IMG/VR virus record: IMGVR_UViG_2844443253_000003
Direction: 5' to 3' (one strand)
From: a virus
Lineage: Duplodnaviria > Heunggongvirae > Uroviricota > Caudoviricetes
DNA length: 52,166 bases
In this document: in pieces, positions 1 through 9,301 of the stretch
Numbering within the stretch: the stretch's first letter is position 1
How the letters are laid out: every line of letters begins with the position of its first letter
Program-made: the position numbers and the translations under genes
Notes under the pieces: generated by a model
Told to the model about the DNA's origin: nothing
The model's input: the letters and a program-made list of their open reading frames with translations, nothing else
Database searches by the model: none

Positions 1-114
1 ATAAAACCGGGTGATGCAAAAGTAGCCATTTGATTCACAAGGCCATTGACGCATCGCCCGGTTAGTTTTAACCTTGTCCACCGTGATTCACGTTCGTGAA
101 CATGTCCTTTCAGG

Positions 115-190
115 GCCGATATAGCTCAGTTGGTAGAGCAGCGCATTCGTAATGCGAAGGTCGTAGGTTCGACTCCTATTATCGGCACCA
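115..190 (+). tRNA. thrW: tRNA-Thr (anticodon CGT), thrW-like; host attachment-site tRNA
   Basis: 76-nt cloverleaf read directly: acceptor GCCGATA/TATCGGC, D-arm AGCTCAGTTGGTAGAGC, anticodon CGT at 148-150, T-loop GGTTCGACTCC, 3' CCA. Confidence 0.9.
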
Positions 191-208
191 TTTAAATCAA
201 TAAGTTAC
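145..208 (+). repeat. attL core: 64 bp (3' part of tRNA-Thr plus 18 bp) repeated directly at 42729-42792 and inverted at 49020-49083
   Basis: repeat found by direct comparison; sequences diverge immediately outside these bounds. Confidence 0.85.
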
Positions 209-1368
209 ACATCATTAGTACCTTCCTTATTTTTTGACTGGGACAAATTTGGGACCGATGGGTTCAGGATCGAGTCTATTTGCCGTGCGTGTTCGGTAAG
301 GTGATTAGGTGCAAGGTGAGCATATCGACGAACCATTTCGATAGACTCCCAGCCTCCCATTTCCTGTAACACTGACAACGGGACTCCGGCTTGAACCAGC
401 CAACTTGCCCAGGTGTGTCTCAAGTCGTGAAATCTGAAATCATCAATACCAGCCCGTCTCAGCGCCGCTTTCCAGGCTGTGTTTGCGTCATACCGCATCT
501 TCCTTACTGTTGGCGCTTTCGTTCCGTCTGGTTTGGTACAGCTTTCCTTGTACACAAATACCCAACGGTGATGATTCCCGATTTGTTTTTTCAATACGCG
601 ACATGCAGTATCATTCAGCGCAACGCCAATTGCGCGGTTTGATTTACTCTCTTCCGGGTTTATCCATGCCACCCGGCGCTGCATATCTATTTGTTGCCAT
701 TCAAGGTTGATGATGTTCGAGCGTCTTAAACCTGTTGCCAGTGCAAATTCAACAACAGACTTTAATGGCTCCGGACATTCATCAATCAGCCTTTGTGCTT
801 CATGGGGCTCCAGCCAGCGGATCCGTTTATTCTTTGGTTGAGGCACTTTAATAATTGGTGCCTTATCCAGCATTTTCCATTCACGCTCTGCGGCTCTTAG
901 TAGGGCCTTTATAAATGAAAGATGCGTAGCCTTCGTTGCAACGGACGCTGGTTTTGGCGTGTATTCTGGAACAGGTTTCCCTTTTTTTCTGCATGCTTCT
1001 GCCCTGAGTCTCCAGTTTTCCTCATGACGCCGGTTCGTCATTTTCTGCATTGCTGAATAAATTTTTGATTCAGTAATGTCTCTTAGTTGCATTCCTGCGA
1101 AATGTTGAAGCCAGAATCCGATCCGGCTTTTGTCATCGTCCAGTGATTTTTTATGTGCTTTCTCTTCAAGCCACCTGACACACGCTTCCTCGAACGTTAT
1201 ATCAGGTATTTCACCAAGTTTGCTGACCCGCCATGCTTCAGCCTTTAGCTTGTCATGGAGTTCTGTCGCCTGCCTTTTGTCCTTTGTTCCAAGAGACTGT
1301 TTAAATCTTTTACCGTTCGGCAATGTGAAACTGGCGTACCATATTTCACCTCTGCGGAAGAGTGACAT
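205..1368 (-). CDS. int: phage tyrosine integrase
   Basis: 387-aa ORF ending inside the att core; C-terminal tyrosine-recombinase motifs ([19 protein letters not shown] ... VRRYAHL). Confidence 0.9.
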   Translation of the reverse strand: MSLFRRGEIWYASFTLPNGKRFKQSLGTKDKRQATELHDKLKAEAWRVSKLGEIPDITFEEACVRWLEEKAHKKSLDDDKSRIGFWLQHFAGMQLRDITESKIYSAMQKMTNRRHEENWRLRAEACRKKGKPVPEYTPKPASVATKATHLSFIKALLRAAEREWKMLDKAPIIKVPQPKNKRIRWLEPHEAQRLIDECPEPLKSVVEFALATGLRRSNIINLEWQQIDMQRRVAWINPEESKSNRAIGVALNDTACRVLKKQIGNHHRWVFVYKESCTKPDGTKAPTVRKMRYDANTAWKAALRRAGIDDFRFHDLRHTWASWLVQAGVPLSVLQEMGGWESIEMVRRYAHLAPNHLTEHARQIDSILNPSVPNLSQSKNKEGTNDV

Positions 1369-1595
1369 TTTCTTTCCTCTGTTATGCCATCACCCGCGCT
1401 CACCTGGACAGTATGCAGCGGAGACTGAAGAGCCGCAATGCAGGCTTGTCGTGTTGTGAGGTAAGGAGATTTATTCTTAGTGGGATCTTTGCGTGTTGCC
1501 TGAAGACGCCCTGTGCGTATCCAGTTAATGGCAGTCGGTCTGGATATCTTGAGAAAATGACAGGCCTCATCGAGTGTGAGGCTGTATGGCTCCAT
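1245..1595 (-). CDS. xis: excisionase-like HTH protein (AlpA/Xis family), start placed at MEPYSL
   Basis: small ORF immediately upstream of int on same strand; HTH-like segment [26 protein letters not shown]; ATG overlaps stop of upstream ORF (TAATG). Confidence 0.6.
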   Translation of the reverse strand: MEPYSLTLDEACHFLKISRPTAINWIRTGRLQATRKDPTKNKSPYLTTRQACIAALQSPLHTVQVSAGDGITEERKCHSSAEVKYGTPVSHCRTVKDLNSLLEQRTKGRRQNSMTS

Positions 1596-1921
1596 TATTT
1601 CACCTCTTGCTGTGACATTGTTGAAAAATGGATACCAGCTCGTTGCTGCCAGACGATCCAACCGAGAGCCATATCCCATGCCATGTATTCGTTATCGCCG
1701 TTTTTTGCTCTCCGACGATCTACTAAGTCCCCGAAACGCTTCTCCATAAATAATTCATAGGCTGCTCGTTCATCCGATACTGCTGCCAGTGATGCCAGTG
1801 CAATTTTTAATGCGGTAAGCATGTTGTTTTGATCTTCATCGAATCCGAACGGTATTTCATCCCGTGCTGACTCAATGCTGGTAATCGTGTTCTGTAACCA
1901 TTCTTTGGTAAGAGTATTCAT
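1595..1921 (-). CDS. hypothetical phage protein (C-terminal half shared with the copy at 46062-46367)
   Basis: 108-aa ORF in early-left gene string. Confidence 0.5.
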   Translation of the reverse strand: MNTLTKEWLQNTITSIESARDEIPFGFDEDQNNMLTALKIALASLAAVSDERAAYELFMEKRFGDLVDRRRAKNGDNEYMAWDMALGWIVWQQRAGIHFSTMSQQEVK

Positions 1922-1923
1922 AA

Positions 1924-2136
1924 CTATTTCACTTTAATCTCAACATTTCGCAGCTTTAGCTCTACTGGTAGGTCTGACTTTCCTGTTAATGCTAATGCGA
2001 GATTTTCTGGAGTAATGAGAGCGGTTATTGTTTTCCCCATCGCCAGACGAATAATCATTCGTATCTCGCAATCGTCACATGCTCCAGGTCGAACAATTGA
2101 TATTTGTCCATTCATCTCACGCTCCTTTGATGCCAA
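1924..2136 (-). CDS. hypothetical small phage protein
   Basis: 70-aa ORF tightly packed in same-strand gene string. Confidence 0.4.
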   Translation of the reverse strand: MASKEREMNGQISIVRPGACDDCEIRMIIRLAMGKTITALITPENLALALTGKSDLPVELKLRNVEIKVK

Positions 2137-2545
2137 TGTTTACAGCCTGGCAAGCCTCTTTGAGCACCCAGTCAACAGCGTCTTTCCATGCTCCGGTTTC
2201 GACTGGCGGATTTTCACGCTTAACCTGTTCATAGAAGCGCACTGCTTTAATCAATCCTTCTGGTGTCAGTGGCACAGGCGGGGCAGTGAATAACGCCTGA
2301 ATTTCATAGTTCGGTCTGTCGTTGCAATCCTCTTTTGTCGGTACATATTTCCAGTCACCAAACCACGGCTCCCCCTGTGAGTCCGCAATGCCTTTTTTCA
2401 CGTAGCGATATCGCCACGCTATCGGCTCTGCTTCCAGTGATGTCAGTGCAATTCGTGCCAGTTCCATTTGTTCGCCACGAGTAAGTCCGTTATCAAGCGG
2501 ATTTTTAATGAATAATTTGATACGTTCTTTGGTCATAGCGCTCAT
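2117..2545 (-). CDS. hypothetical phage protein (start trimmed to MSAMTKERIKLF to avoid overlap)
   Basis: ORF in gene string; track ORF 2117-2707 overlaps upstream gene, internal Met chosen. Confidence 0.45.
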   Translation of the reverse strand: MSAMTKERIKLFIKNPLDNGLTRGEQMELARIALTSLEAEPIAWRYRYVKKGIADSQGEPWFGDWKYVPTKEDCNDRPNYEIQALFTAPPVPLTPEGLIKAVRFYEQVKRENPPVETGAWKDAVDWVLKEACQAVNIGIKGA

Positions 2546-2546
2546 C

Positions 2547-3287
2547 TCACTCTCCTTTGATGCGAATGCCAGCAGCGCGCTCGGCTTCACTTTGTTCCCA
2601 AAACCACTTGTGAAGCGCCATAAGCTTTTCGTCAATCGGTGCATATTTGCGATTAAAGTAGGCCTGAGCATCTTTCTCAGATTCGTCCGGTAATTCGCCA
2701 GGGCCAAACAGTGTGTTATAAATCCATGCCAGTCCGCTCTTAGCGTCGCCAGTTGCCTGCCATTCGATAATGGCAGCCTGCATGACCAGAATGTTTTTCC
2801 CGATTAATAGGTCCAGTTCTTTGAACCGGTTGCGGATGTATGCATTCTCGCTTTGTAATTTCGCGTTGCGCTTTTCTGAGGCTTCAAGTAACGCCTGCTT
2901 ATCGCGTAGCGCTTCTTCCAGTTCAGCAACATGGCATTCACTATCAATAAGGTTGTTCTCTGCGGCTTCCTGCTCTGATTTTCGCAGCAAAGCAGCATAC
3001 TTTAATGCGTCCTGTGCTTTCTGGAATTTAAGTGCATAGTCAGTGGCGATTTTTTCCAGTTCAGCGATGCGCTGTTTTGCTGTTTCCCGCTCATCCAGCA
3101 ATGCCAGCACGGTTTCTGGTCCGGCCAGAAGTTTGAAGGCGTTGAGCGCATCAATATCCACGTCGTAATCTTTAAGCTCCTGCTCGCTTAACAAATCATC
3201 ATCAACTGGCAACATTAACAGGCGTTCCATTGCTGGAATTGCACGTTCCGCCGCCTCACGCAGTGCCTGATAGTCAATCTCGCTCAT
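2547..3287 (-). CDS. Ead/Ea22-like early protein (paralog 1)
   Basis: 246 aa; shares INYQALRE / RIAELE motifs with 3525-4226 and 4524-5039. Confidence 0.55.
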   Translation of the reverse strand: MSEIDYQALREAAERAIPAMERLLMLPVDDDLLSEQELKDYDVDIDALNAFKLLAGPETVLALLDERETAKQRIAELEKIATDYALKFQKAQDALKYAALLRKSEQEAAENNLIDSECHVAELEEALRDKQALLEASEKRNAKLQSENAYIRNRFKELDLLIGKNILVMQAAIIEWQATGDAKSGLAWIYNTLFGPGELPDESEKDAQAYFNRKYAPIDEKLMALHKWFWEQSEAERAAGIRIKGE

Positions 3288-3561
3288 TGGTTGCCTCCTG
3301 TTTTTCTGCCTTCAACACCATGCGAGAACCATCATCCAGTTCCCACGCGATCTCACCACCTTCAACCATGACCAGTCGCCACACCAATTGAGCAGCCTCA
3401 TTGGTAACATCACGACCTAGATCATTGCCAACGCGCACACGTCCACCTTCAACATCGCGCATTTTTTCCAGCATGATAGTTTTTGATAGCGGTGAAAAAA
3501 CAAGCTGTAGTCGTGCTGAATTACTCACTGGTTGTCTCCTTTGCGAATCTGTTCCGCCCAT
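3274..3561 (-). CDS. hypothetical phage protein
   Basis: 95-aa ORF in gene string. Confidence 0.4.
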   Translation of the reverse strand: MGGTDSQRRQPVSNSARLQLVFSPLSKTIMLEKMRDVEGGRVRVGNDLGRDVTNEAAQLVWRLVMVEGGEIAWELDDGSRMVLKAEKQEATNERD

Positions 3562-4226
3562 TCTTCAAGGGATTTCTCCGCATATTCACCAGACAGGCCA
3601 TCAATCGGATGCGGTTCATTAGCCAACTCTTCTTTCGCTGACAGAATCATGCGCGTCACGTCGAAAACTTCACGTAAAGACTTATTGATAAATCCGTGGT
3701 TGAAAGCAGCAGCAAGACGGCTTGCGGTATAGTTAATCCCCTCGTTGCGAGCCGCCGCACGAATTTCAGCCAGAAAAGCATCGGTGGCTGGAGTTTCAGG
3801 AATCCGTCTCCTCATCCGTTCTATTGCATGATTGAATCCGAAGTCTTCAGCAAGAGATACGTCATCCATATTGTCATTGTCATCCTCAATATCCCGTGGC
3901 TCCGGGATTGCAGACTTTATTCCAACATTCTCCACCGCCAGTGCCGCAAGATTAGTTTCCAGCTCTGCAATGCGTTTGCTTTGGGCTTCCCGTTCATCCA
4001 GCAGCGCCTGCACTACTACAGGATTGAAAGCTGCGATAAAACGAGCGTTGTTCTCTGCGTTTTTCTGTCCGTCAAAGCCGGGCCATTTGATAACGTCTTC
4101 ACATCGTTTATCACCGGGCGTATGCACAGCATACGTACCTGTACCCGTCGAAATAAACGCGACCCATTCGCCCTGTGTTGCCTGTTTTGCTATCTCACGC
4201 AGTGCCTGATAGTTAATTTTGGTCAT
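3525..4226 (-). CDS. Ead/Ea22-like early protein (paralog 2)
   Basis: 233 aa; motifs INYQALREIAKQATQGEW and TDAFLAEIRAA shared with paralogs. Confidence 0.55.
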   Translation of the reverse strand: MTKINYQALREIAKQATQGEWVAFISTGTGTYAVHTPGDKRCEDVIKWPGFDGQKNAENNARFIAAFNPVVVQALLDEREAQSKRIAELETNLAALAVENVGIKSAIPEPRDIEDDNDNMDDVSLAEDFGFNHAIERMRRRIPETPATDAFLAEIRAAARNEGINYTASRLAAAFNHGFINKSLREVFDVTRMILSAKEELANEPHPIDGLSGEYAEKSLEEWAEQIRKGDNQ

Positions 4227-4227
4227 A

Positions 4228-4527
4228 TCACATCACCCTGAAGCCGTTGCATTTACGTAAAAAATCGCAGATATAGCCCTTCATTTTTTCTTGCCAATCT
4301 CGATCATTCCCATTGCACCAACCATCAGGTGGAGTCCAGTTTTCTATCAGAGCAGCCATTTTCTTTGCTTTCGCCGGAGTAGCTGTTGCGGTATCGCAGT
4401 AATGACGAGTGTCAACCAACGTATCCATACCATCGATATCAAGTACGCAAAACCATGTGTGATTCGGCATTTCAACAGATGGTATTTGTTGCCCACGTCG
4501 ACGTTTATCAATAAGACATACAGTCAC
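4228..4527 (-). CDS. hypothetical Cys-containing phage protein
   Basis: 99-aa ORF in gene string. Confidence 0.45.
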   Translation of the reverse strand: MTVCLIDKRRRGQQIPSVEMPNHTWFCVLDIDGMDTLVDTRHYCDTATATPAKAKKMAALIENWTPPDGWCNGNDRDWQEKMKGYICDFLRKCNGFRVM

Positions 4528-5039
4528 TGGTTGCCTCCTTTACGTAGCTCAGCGGCGAAGGCTACTGCGTGATCATGATGTTCAAGTGTGTATGCGCACT
4601 CAGCAAACATCTCCACGCCCTGCGCACGCACTTCAGCCAGGAAAGCGTCGGTGGCTGACATATTTCCTGTTGCCTTCATGGCCTTCAAAATAACCAGAAC
4701 GCCATCTTGCCCAACCAACTCGGAGATAATCTCAGTGTTGTCGCCAACAACATCGCAGAATGCCTGAACTGCCTTACGAGCCAGCTCATTCTCCGCCGCA
4801 AGCGCCGAAAACTTCTCGTGTGCCAACTTAACAGCTGCATCAGCCTGCTTAATTGACTCAATCGCTCTCTGCTGGTCTTCGGACAGAGCCGAAATCTTGG
4901 CCTCCGCTTCAGCAAATTTACGCACCAGATATTCAGCGTTTGTTTCGTTAACCTTTAAATCACTTGGGATGCATTTACCTTTCAGAAATCCATCCATCTC
5001 AATTAGTGTCATTTGTTCCATTTCTTCCCACTCCGCCAC
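4524..5039 (-). CDS. Ead/Ea22-like early protein (paralog 3)
   Basis: 171 aa; [13 protein letters not shown] and [12 protein letters not shown] motifs shared with paralogs and with fragment at 45762-46062. Confidence 0.5.
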   Translation of the reverse strand: MAEWEEMEQMTLIEMDGFLKGKCIPSDLKVNETNAEYLVRKFAEAEAKISALSEDQQRAIESIKQADAAVKLAHEKFSALAAENELARKAVQAFCDVVGDNTEIISELVGQDGVLVILKAMKATGNMSATDAFLAEVRAQGVEMFAECAYTLEHHDHAVAFAAELRKGGNQ

Positions 5040-5198
5040 ATTGCATTCAGATATTTGTTGTCATTAACAGAACCGAAACTATTTCTCTTAAGCAATTCCT
5101 CTCTCGATGGCATTGGCTTTACGCGTTGGCGAATAATCATTTCTGCCGGAAGAATGCCGGGATTGTATGCAAGTCCTCTCATGGTAAATTCCTCTTTG

Positions 5199-5513
5199 TT
5201 AATTTATTCGTATTCCTGCTCTCTCTTCATCGAGTTTTTTTAGCTTGTATCGCATAGCCCTTACTGAATAAATTGAGCGGCAGGTTGCAATTGCTATTTC
5301 TTCTGCGGAGAACTTACCGAAAAGTGATACTTCGGCTCTTGTCCATCGTCTTCCACGAAGTCGGCTAACAATGTCAGCGCCAATCCTTGTTGCTTTCGCC
5401 ATAACTGCTTTTTCAGTCCTTTCCAGTTTTTCAGCAATAACTTCAACTGGCATTGTCGCCGATACTTCGCGCAAGAAATCGACTTCCCATTTCTCCCATG
5501 GAGTCTTTTTCAT
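5199..5513 (-). CDS. hypothetical phage protein
   Basis: 104-aa ORF. Confidence 0.45.
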   Translation of the reverse strand: MKKTPWEKWEVDFLREVSATMPVEVIAEKLERTEKAVMAKATRIGADIVSRLRGRRWTRAEVSLFGKFSAEEIAIATCRSIYSVRAMRYKLKKLDEERAGIRIN

Positions 5514-5524
5514 AGGCGATACCG

Positions 5525-6013
5525 TTATTTGATAAGAAGTGAAGGTTTCCCAACTTTTAGTTGAGCACCGGGGATATTTATTCCTGCTTTTAGTTGGTGT
5601 TTGATTGCCAGTTTGTCGGCTTTAATTGTCGTTTCAAACTCAACGTATTCAGGAGGAATGGCGCTTGAGTCGATGATTTCTACAGTTTCTGACGGTTTGC
5701 GGATTGTTACCTGGTGAATACCTGCTCGAATCTTTTTCTTGCCAACCATTTCAAGCGATGACGCTATATATGATTTGATGCTGTCAATCTTATTTTGAAT
5801 TACTGCGGCTCGCTCATTCAGTGACTTTGCCTCTTCCTTGAGGCGTTCAGCATAACCAGATTCATTTTTAATGACGGAAAGAAGTTGCTCTATTTTATCG
5901 GTAAATTCTCCTTCCATGCCTTCTATTGTGTCAGCAATCATCTCTGGTTCTAAATCTGAATCCATCAATTTTGCGTATTCATTGGCAATTTCATACAGTT
6001 TGCTCACTGGCAA
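5525..6013 (-). CDS. Gp157-like protein (commonly adjacent to phage recombinases)
   Basis: 162-aa acidic helical protein immediately downstream of RecT; family assignment from memory only. Confidence 0.4.
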   Translation of the reverse strand: MPVSKLYEIANEYAKLMDSDLEPEMIADTIEGMEGEFTDKIEQLLSVIKNESGYAERLKEEAKSLNERAAVIQNKIDSIKSYIASSLEMVGKKKIRAGIHQVTIRKPSETVEIIDSSAIPPEYVEFETTIKADKLAIKHQLKAGINIPGAQLKVGKPSLLIK

Positions 6014-6902
6014 CCTCCAGTTTCGCTTTGCATTCTGCGTAAATGGCTTGTACGTTCTGCTGTAATTTCATTCCAGATGTCAGGCGATATGCTTCTGCAA
6101 AATATCGCTTCAAATCATCCATGTTTTCTGCCTGAGCCATTTCATCACAAAGAAGTTGTGCTTTTTCCATTATTTCCTGCTGGCGTTTCCGTTCATCTTC
6201 GCGGATATCTTCCTCTGATTTGTGCGGCATAACTGGTTCAGTCCACACACCTTCTTCTTCGTTTAGTACGTGAATAGCACTATCAAGACGTGATGCCTTA
6301 GGCCAATACTTGCTTGCACGCTTTACGACCGTCTTTCGCGCCATCTCATTCCAGTGATTTACCCATGGTCCTTTATCGCTGAATGCCGCCTTGCTTGTTT
6401 TCCTTACAGCCTCAATTTCAGCCAGACTCATCTCTTCCGTTAGATAATCACCTGCTGGCGTCTTAACTGTGCAGTAAACGCCAACGATATCACCACGATC
6501 ACCGAAGGCGTTGTATTTATGGGTTGGTGCTTTATCAAGCCCGTTTGACTCATAGGTATCGTTAGCATGAACAAGTTTTGCCTGACCCCATGAGATAACA
6601 CCAGACTCCATTGCAATATGGAGCAATCCAATATAACTGATATCAAGGCACACCATGCCGTCGCGCGGAACCAGATAAGCCAGTTTGCTAGCCGGGTTTA
6701 AGGTGATGCCGATCGCCGCAACATTGATGATGGCGTTCTGTGCGCTGGTTGGATTTGCCAGTGCTGTTTTAGCCAGGTAATCGTTTTTCTGGAAATACTG
6801 AATTGCAAACTGGCTTTCCTTAGCCCATGTCACCGTCTGTTCAGTCAATGCTCCGCAGAATAACTGCTCCTGCTGTTTAACGAATTCAACGATATTGCTC
6901 AT
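5991..6902 (-). CDS. recT: RecT-family single-strand annealing recombinase
   Basis: 303 aa; motif GPWVNHWNEMARKTVVKRASKYWP resembles Rac RecT GPWVTHWEEMAKKTAIRRLFKYLP. Confidence 0.8.
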   Translation of the reverse strand: MSNIVEFVKQQEQLFCGALTEQTVTWAKESQFAIQYFQKNDYLAKTALANPTSAQNAIINVAAIGITLNPASKLAYLVPRDGMVCLDISYIGLLHIAMESGVISWGQAKLVHANDTYESNGLDKAPTHKYNAFGDRGDIVGVYCTVKTPAGDYLTEEMSLAEIEAVRKTSKAAFSDKGPWVNHWNEMARKTVVKRASKYWPKASRLDSAIHVLNEEEGVWTEPVMPHKSEEDIREDERKRQQEIMEKAQLLCDEMAQAENMDDLKRYFAEAYRLTSGMKLQQNVQAIYAECKAKLEVASEQTV

Positions 6903-7210
6903 GCAGCTTCTCCAAAAATGTGTCTGCGTTTGAATATTGAGAAGGCATATTCAGCCTTAACTCTTTCGGTTATTGCATCCCAGAACCATTCAGCGGCTTT
7001 TTCCTGATAGTTACAGTCATCATCTTCCAGCCAGTCGATAGCGTCCTTAGTGTGTTCATCTGGTTTATATGAGCGAAGCATTTCGCTTATTGGGTCGCAA
7101 CGTTTGCAGAGACGATCAACTTCACTGTTGATTCGTTCGTAATCTTCATCGGTAAAACTTGCGATGATTTGCGATATTTCACGCTTATCATTCAGAGTCA
7201 GAATCATCAT
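6899..7210 (-). CDS. hypothetical phage protein
   Basis: 103-aa ORF overlapping recT start by 4 nt. Confidence 0.45.
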   Translation of the reverse strand: MMILTLNDKREISQIIASFTDEDYERINSEVDRLCKRCDPISEMLRSYKPDEHTKDAIDWLEDDDCNYQEKAAEWFWDAITERVKAEYAFSIFKRRHIFGEAA

Positions 7211-7291
7211 CTTTCTCCTGTTCTTTGTGCTGATTGAGCATTTCTTTCATCTGACGAATGAATTCTTCGTCTGACCATGTATCCGCAATGC

Positions 7292-7456
7292 TCATTGCTT
7301 AACGACCTTAATCAGTTGAGTTACCTCAATGATGTCCTCGCATAAATCCGAGTACTGAAATGGGCCGCAGTTGTGAGAGTTAGTGCGTCGGGCGAAAGCC
7401 ATTCTTCTAAGCTCTTTCAGGGCTTCTTCCAGTTCCTCGTAAGTTGGTTTTTTCAT
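7292..7456 (-). CDS. small hypothetical protein (54 aa), translationally coupled
   Basis: ORF below the 60-aa track cutoff; ATGA start/stop overlaps with neighbours on both sides. Confidence 0.3.
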   Translation of the reverse strand: MKKPTYEELEEALKELRRMAFARRTNSHNCGPFQYSDLCEDIIEVTQLIKVVKQ

Positions 7457-7623
7457 GGCTGTACCTTTTGATTCAGAAACTCAACAAGACGATCCAGCAA
7501 GCTCTTAACGCGAGGTTGTTTAAAGTCTGCTCCGGTTAAAATGTTTTTTCGTGAATGCTGCACCGATAAAATCGGGTTGAAAGGGCGAACCGATGCCGCC
7601 CCTGCAATAGCGAACTGTTGCAT
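7453..7623 (-). CDS. small hypothetical protein (56 aa)
   Basis: internal Met of track ORF 7453-7728 preceded by strong RBS AAGGAG; the longer ORF would span a terminator hairpin. Confidence 0.35.
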   Translation of the reverse strand: MQQFAIAGAASVRPFNPILSVQHSRKNILTGADFKQPRVKSLLDRLVEFLNQKVQP

Positions 7624-7685
7624 AGGATGCTCCTTCTGTTTGATTGCATAACGAAAACGCCTCGAGTGAAGCGTTATTGGTATGC

Positions 7686-7713
7686 ATATAAAAAAGCCCT
7701 CACACTGGAGGGC
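7686..7713 (-). terminator. intrinsic terminator downstream of the 208-aa gene
   Basis: minus-strand hairpin GCCCTC-CAGTGT-GAGGGC followed by TTTTTTATAT. Confidence 0.6.
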
Positions 7714-7847
7714 AAAGAAGATTTCCAATAATCAGAACAAGTCGGCTCCTGTTTAGTTACGAGCGACATTGCTCCGTGTATTCACTCGTTGGAATGAATA
7801 CACAGTGCAGTGTTTATTCTGTTGTTTGTGCCAAAAATAAAGGCCGA

Positions 7848-8473
7848 TTATGCGGCCTCGGAAGGAAGTCCAATCATCTTATTCAAATCTTCTACCCGTA
7901 AAGCAGGAAGTGCTGCACTTGCTTTATCTGCTTCTTTTGGTAGCAACTCTTTGCTTTCAGGCCAAACTTCAATAAGTCGCTTAACTGTTGTGACTGAGTT
8001 CAAAGCAGCCCATACATTTGATTCGATATCCTTTTTCTTGGCTTCAAGTTTTTGTTGCAATGCGCAGATTTCATCAAACCTTTTTGTTATTTCGTGTTCT
8101 GCGCTAAACATGCATTTATCTTGGGTCGGAGTAGGGAGCAATATATCTTCGCCGTTGCAGTCTTTCCCATATGAAAGCCATCCAACCCTTCTGCCAGATA
8201 CAGTCAGATAAATTGATGCAGAACGAACATCGCATGAGCAAAATGAACATCCCAGTTTTTCAAGTTCTTCACTTATAGCTACTAACTTGGATGATAACTG
8301 ATCCACTTCCTCAGTTTTCTTTTTACCGCCAAACGCAATAACTCTGGCGTTAAGTGCAAGCTGGTTCTTTAACTTTGTTACTTCTTTAAGTTCAGTGAAA
8401 ACCCCAGACTTAATTAAAGCGTTACGAGCGATTTCCTCTTTCATTCTCGTAGTTAAGCGGATTGATGACATAT
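7848..8473 (-). CDS. hypothetical early protein, AT-rich (208 aa from MSSIRLTT)
   Basis: ORF directly downstream of N; RBS GAGAGG upstream of chosen ATG; about 40% GC; coiled-coil-like with Cys cluster. Confidence 0.5.
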
Positions 8474-8482
8474 TAATTCCTC

Positions 8483-8782
8483 TCAAATAAGTGGTTTGCT
8501 GCCTAATTTTATTTTCTGGCGACCAACACAAGTCACACCCATTTCACTCCGTGGCTTCCGGTAGTAAATACGGTTCTGTTTACGCTCGACTTCTTCTGCC
8601 TTCTTGCAGCGAAGGCTTCCGAGTGATGCTGCTTTATCTGCTCTGACGCAACCAGAGAGCTTTAGCGCAATTTTTCGCGCCAGTCTCTGCTCTTGCATTG
8701 CCTGTTCACGTTGAGCCTGCCTGCGTGCTCTGCGGCGATTTCTGGCGTTATCGTCAGCCAGATATGTAATGACCACTGTCAT
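8483..8782 (-). CDS. N: N-like transcription antiterminator
   Basis: 99 aa beginning MTVVITY with arginine-rich motif NARNRRRARRQAQREQ; first gene of pL operon; boxA/boxB-like nutL upstream. Confidence 0.6.
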   Translation of the reverse strand: MTVVITYLADDNARNRRRARRQAQREQAMQEQRLARKIALKLSGCVRADKAASLGSLRCKKAEEVERKQNRIYYRKPRSEMGVTCVGRQKIKLGSKPLI

Positions 8783-9094
8783 GTTGACCTCCGATGAAAC
8801 AACTTTGGAATTTTTTTTATTACAAAGTGGTTTCCTTCCCCGCCAATTAGACGGGGATGGAAGAGCATTTATGAGCCTTTATGGACTCTGCTCGATCAGT
8901 TCTATTTAATTAATCTCTCAATTGAATGTAAGTATTCACATAAATCCTCCTACCTCTTGTGCAGCTTTCTTGAATATGGTGGCGGCTGCATAACGCCTAT
9001 GGAATTGACTTTGGCGGTGACGCGCCGGGTGCTTATCTTCCGGTTGCCGTCGTGCAGCTGCACTTCACGTCACCCCAAAGCCAACTACTCTTTG

Positions 9095-9138
9095 GTTCCC
9101 GCATTTCGGCGGGACAATCCCATCAATGTTAAAGAGCC
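9095..9138 (-). promoter_or_regulatory. nutL-like site (boxA GCTCTTTAAC plus boxB-like hairpin)
   Basis: minus-strand GGCTCTTTAAC followed by hairpin TCCCGC-CGAAAT-GCGGGA, about 40-80 nt downstream of proposed pL. Confidence 0.45.
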
Positions 9139-9183
9139 TGCCAATCTGTTCCGTTTGGCTTCCAGCGTCCTGCTGATGGCTTA

Positions 9184-9262
9184 AATTTAAGATCTCTTTA
9201 ATTAATGGTCAAGAGTATTTTTGAAGAAAACTTAAATTTTCTTTCGTAACTTAAGTTTAGCT
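9184..9262 (-). promoter_or_regulatory. pL/oL region: P22-type operators and leftward promoter
   Basis: 18-mer ATTTAAGATCTCTTTAAT (9185-9202) and related half-sites; minus-strand -35 TTGACC, 17-bp spacer, -10 TAAATT. Confidence 0.5.
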
Positions 9263-9274
9263 TTGATTTTTAAA

Positions 9275-9301
9275 GGAAATAAAAAAGGGGCGAATGCCCC
9301 C
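9275..9301 (-). terminator. intrinsic terminator immediately after repressor stop codon
   Basis: minus-strand hairpin GGGGGCATTCGCCCC followed by TTTTTTATTTCC. Confidence 0.6.

Noticed and set aside
391-1459. Plus-strand ORFs 391-642, 483-710 and 1130-1459 inside the integrase gene
   Set aside because: Antisense to a well-supported integrase CDS, with no RBS and no recognisable protein features.
7453-7728. Full 91-aa track ORF on the minus strand
   Set aside because: Its first 35 codons span the terminator hairpin and T-run at 7686-7713; an internal start at 7623 with a strong RBS is more plausible.
8957-9184. 75-aa plus-strand ORF in the N-cI intergenic region
   Set aside because: TTG start, antisense to the pL leader and overlapping nutL; composition not protein-like.
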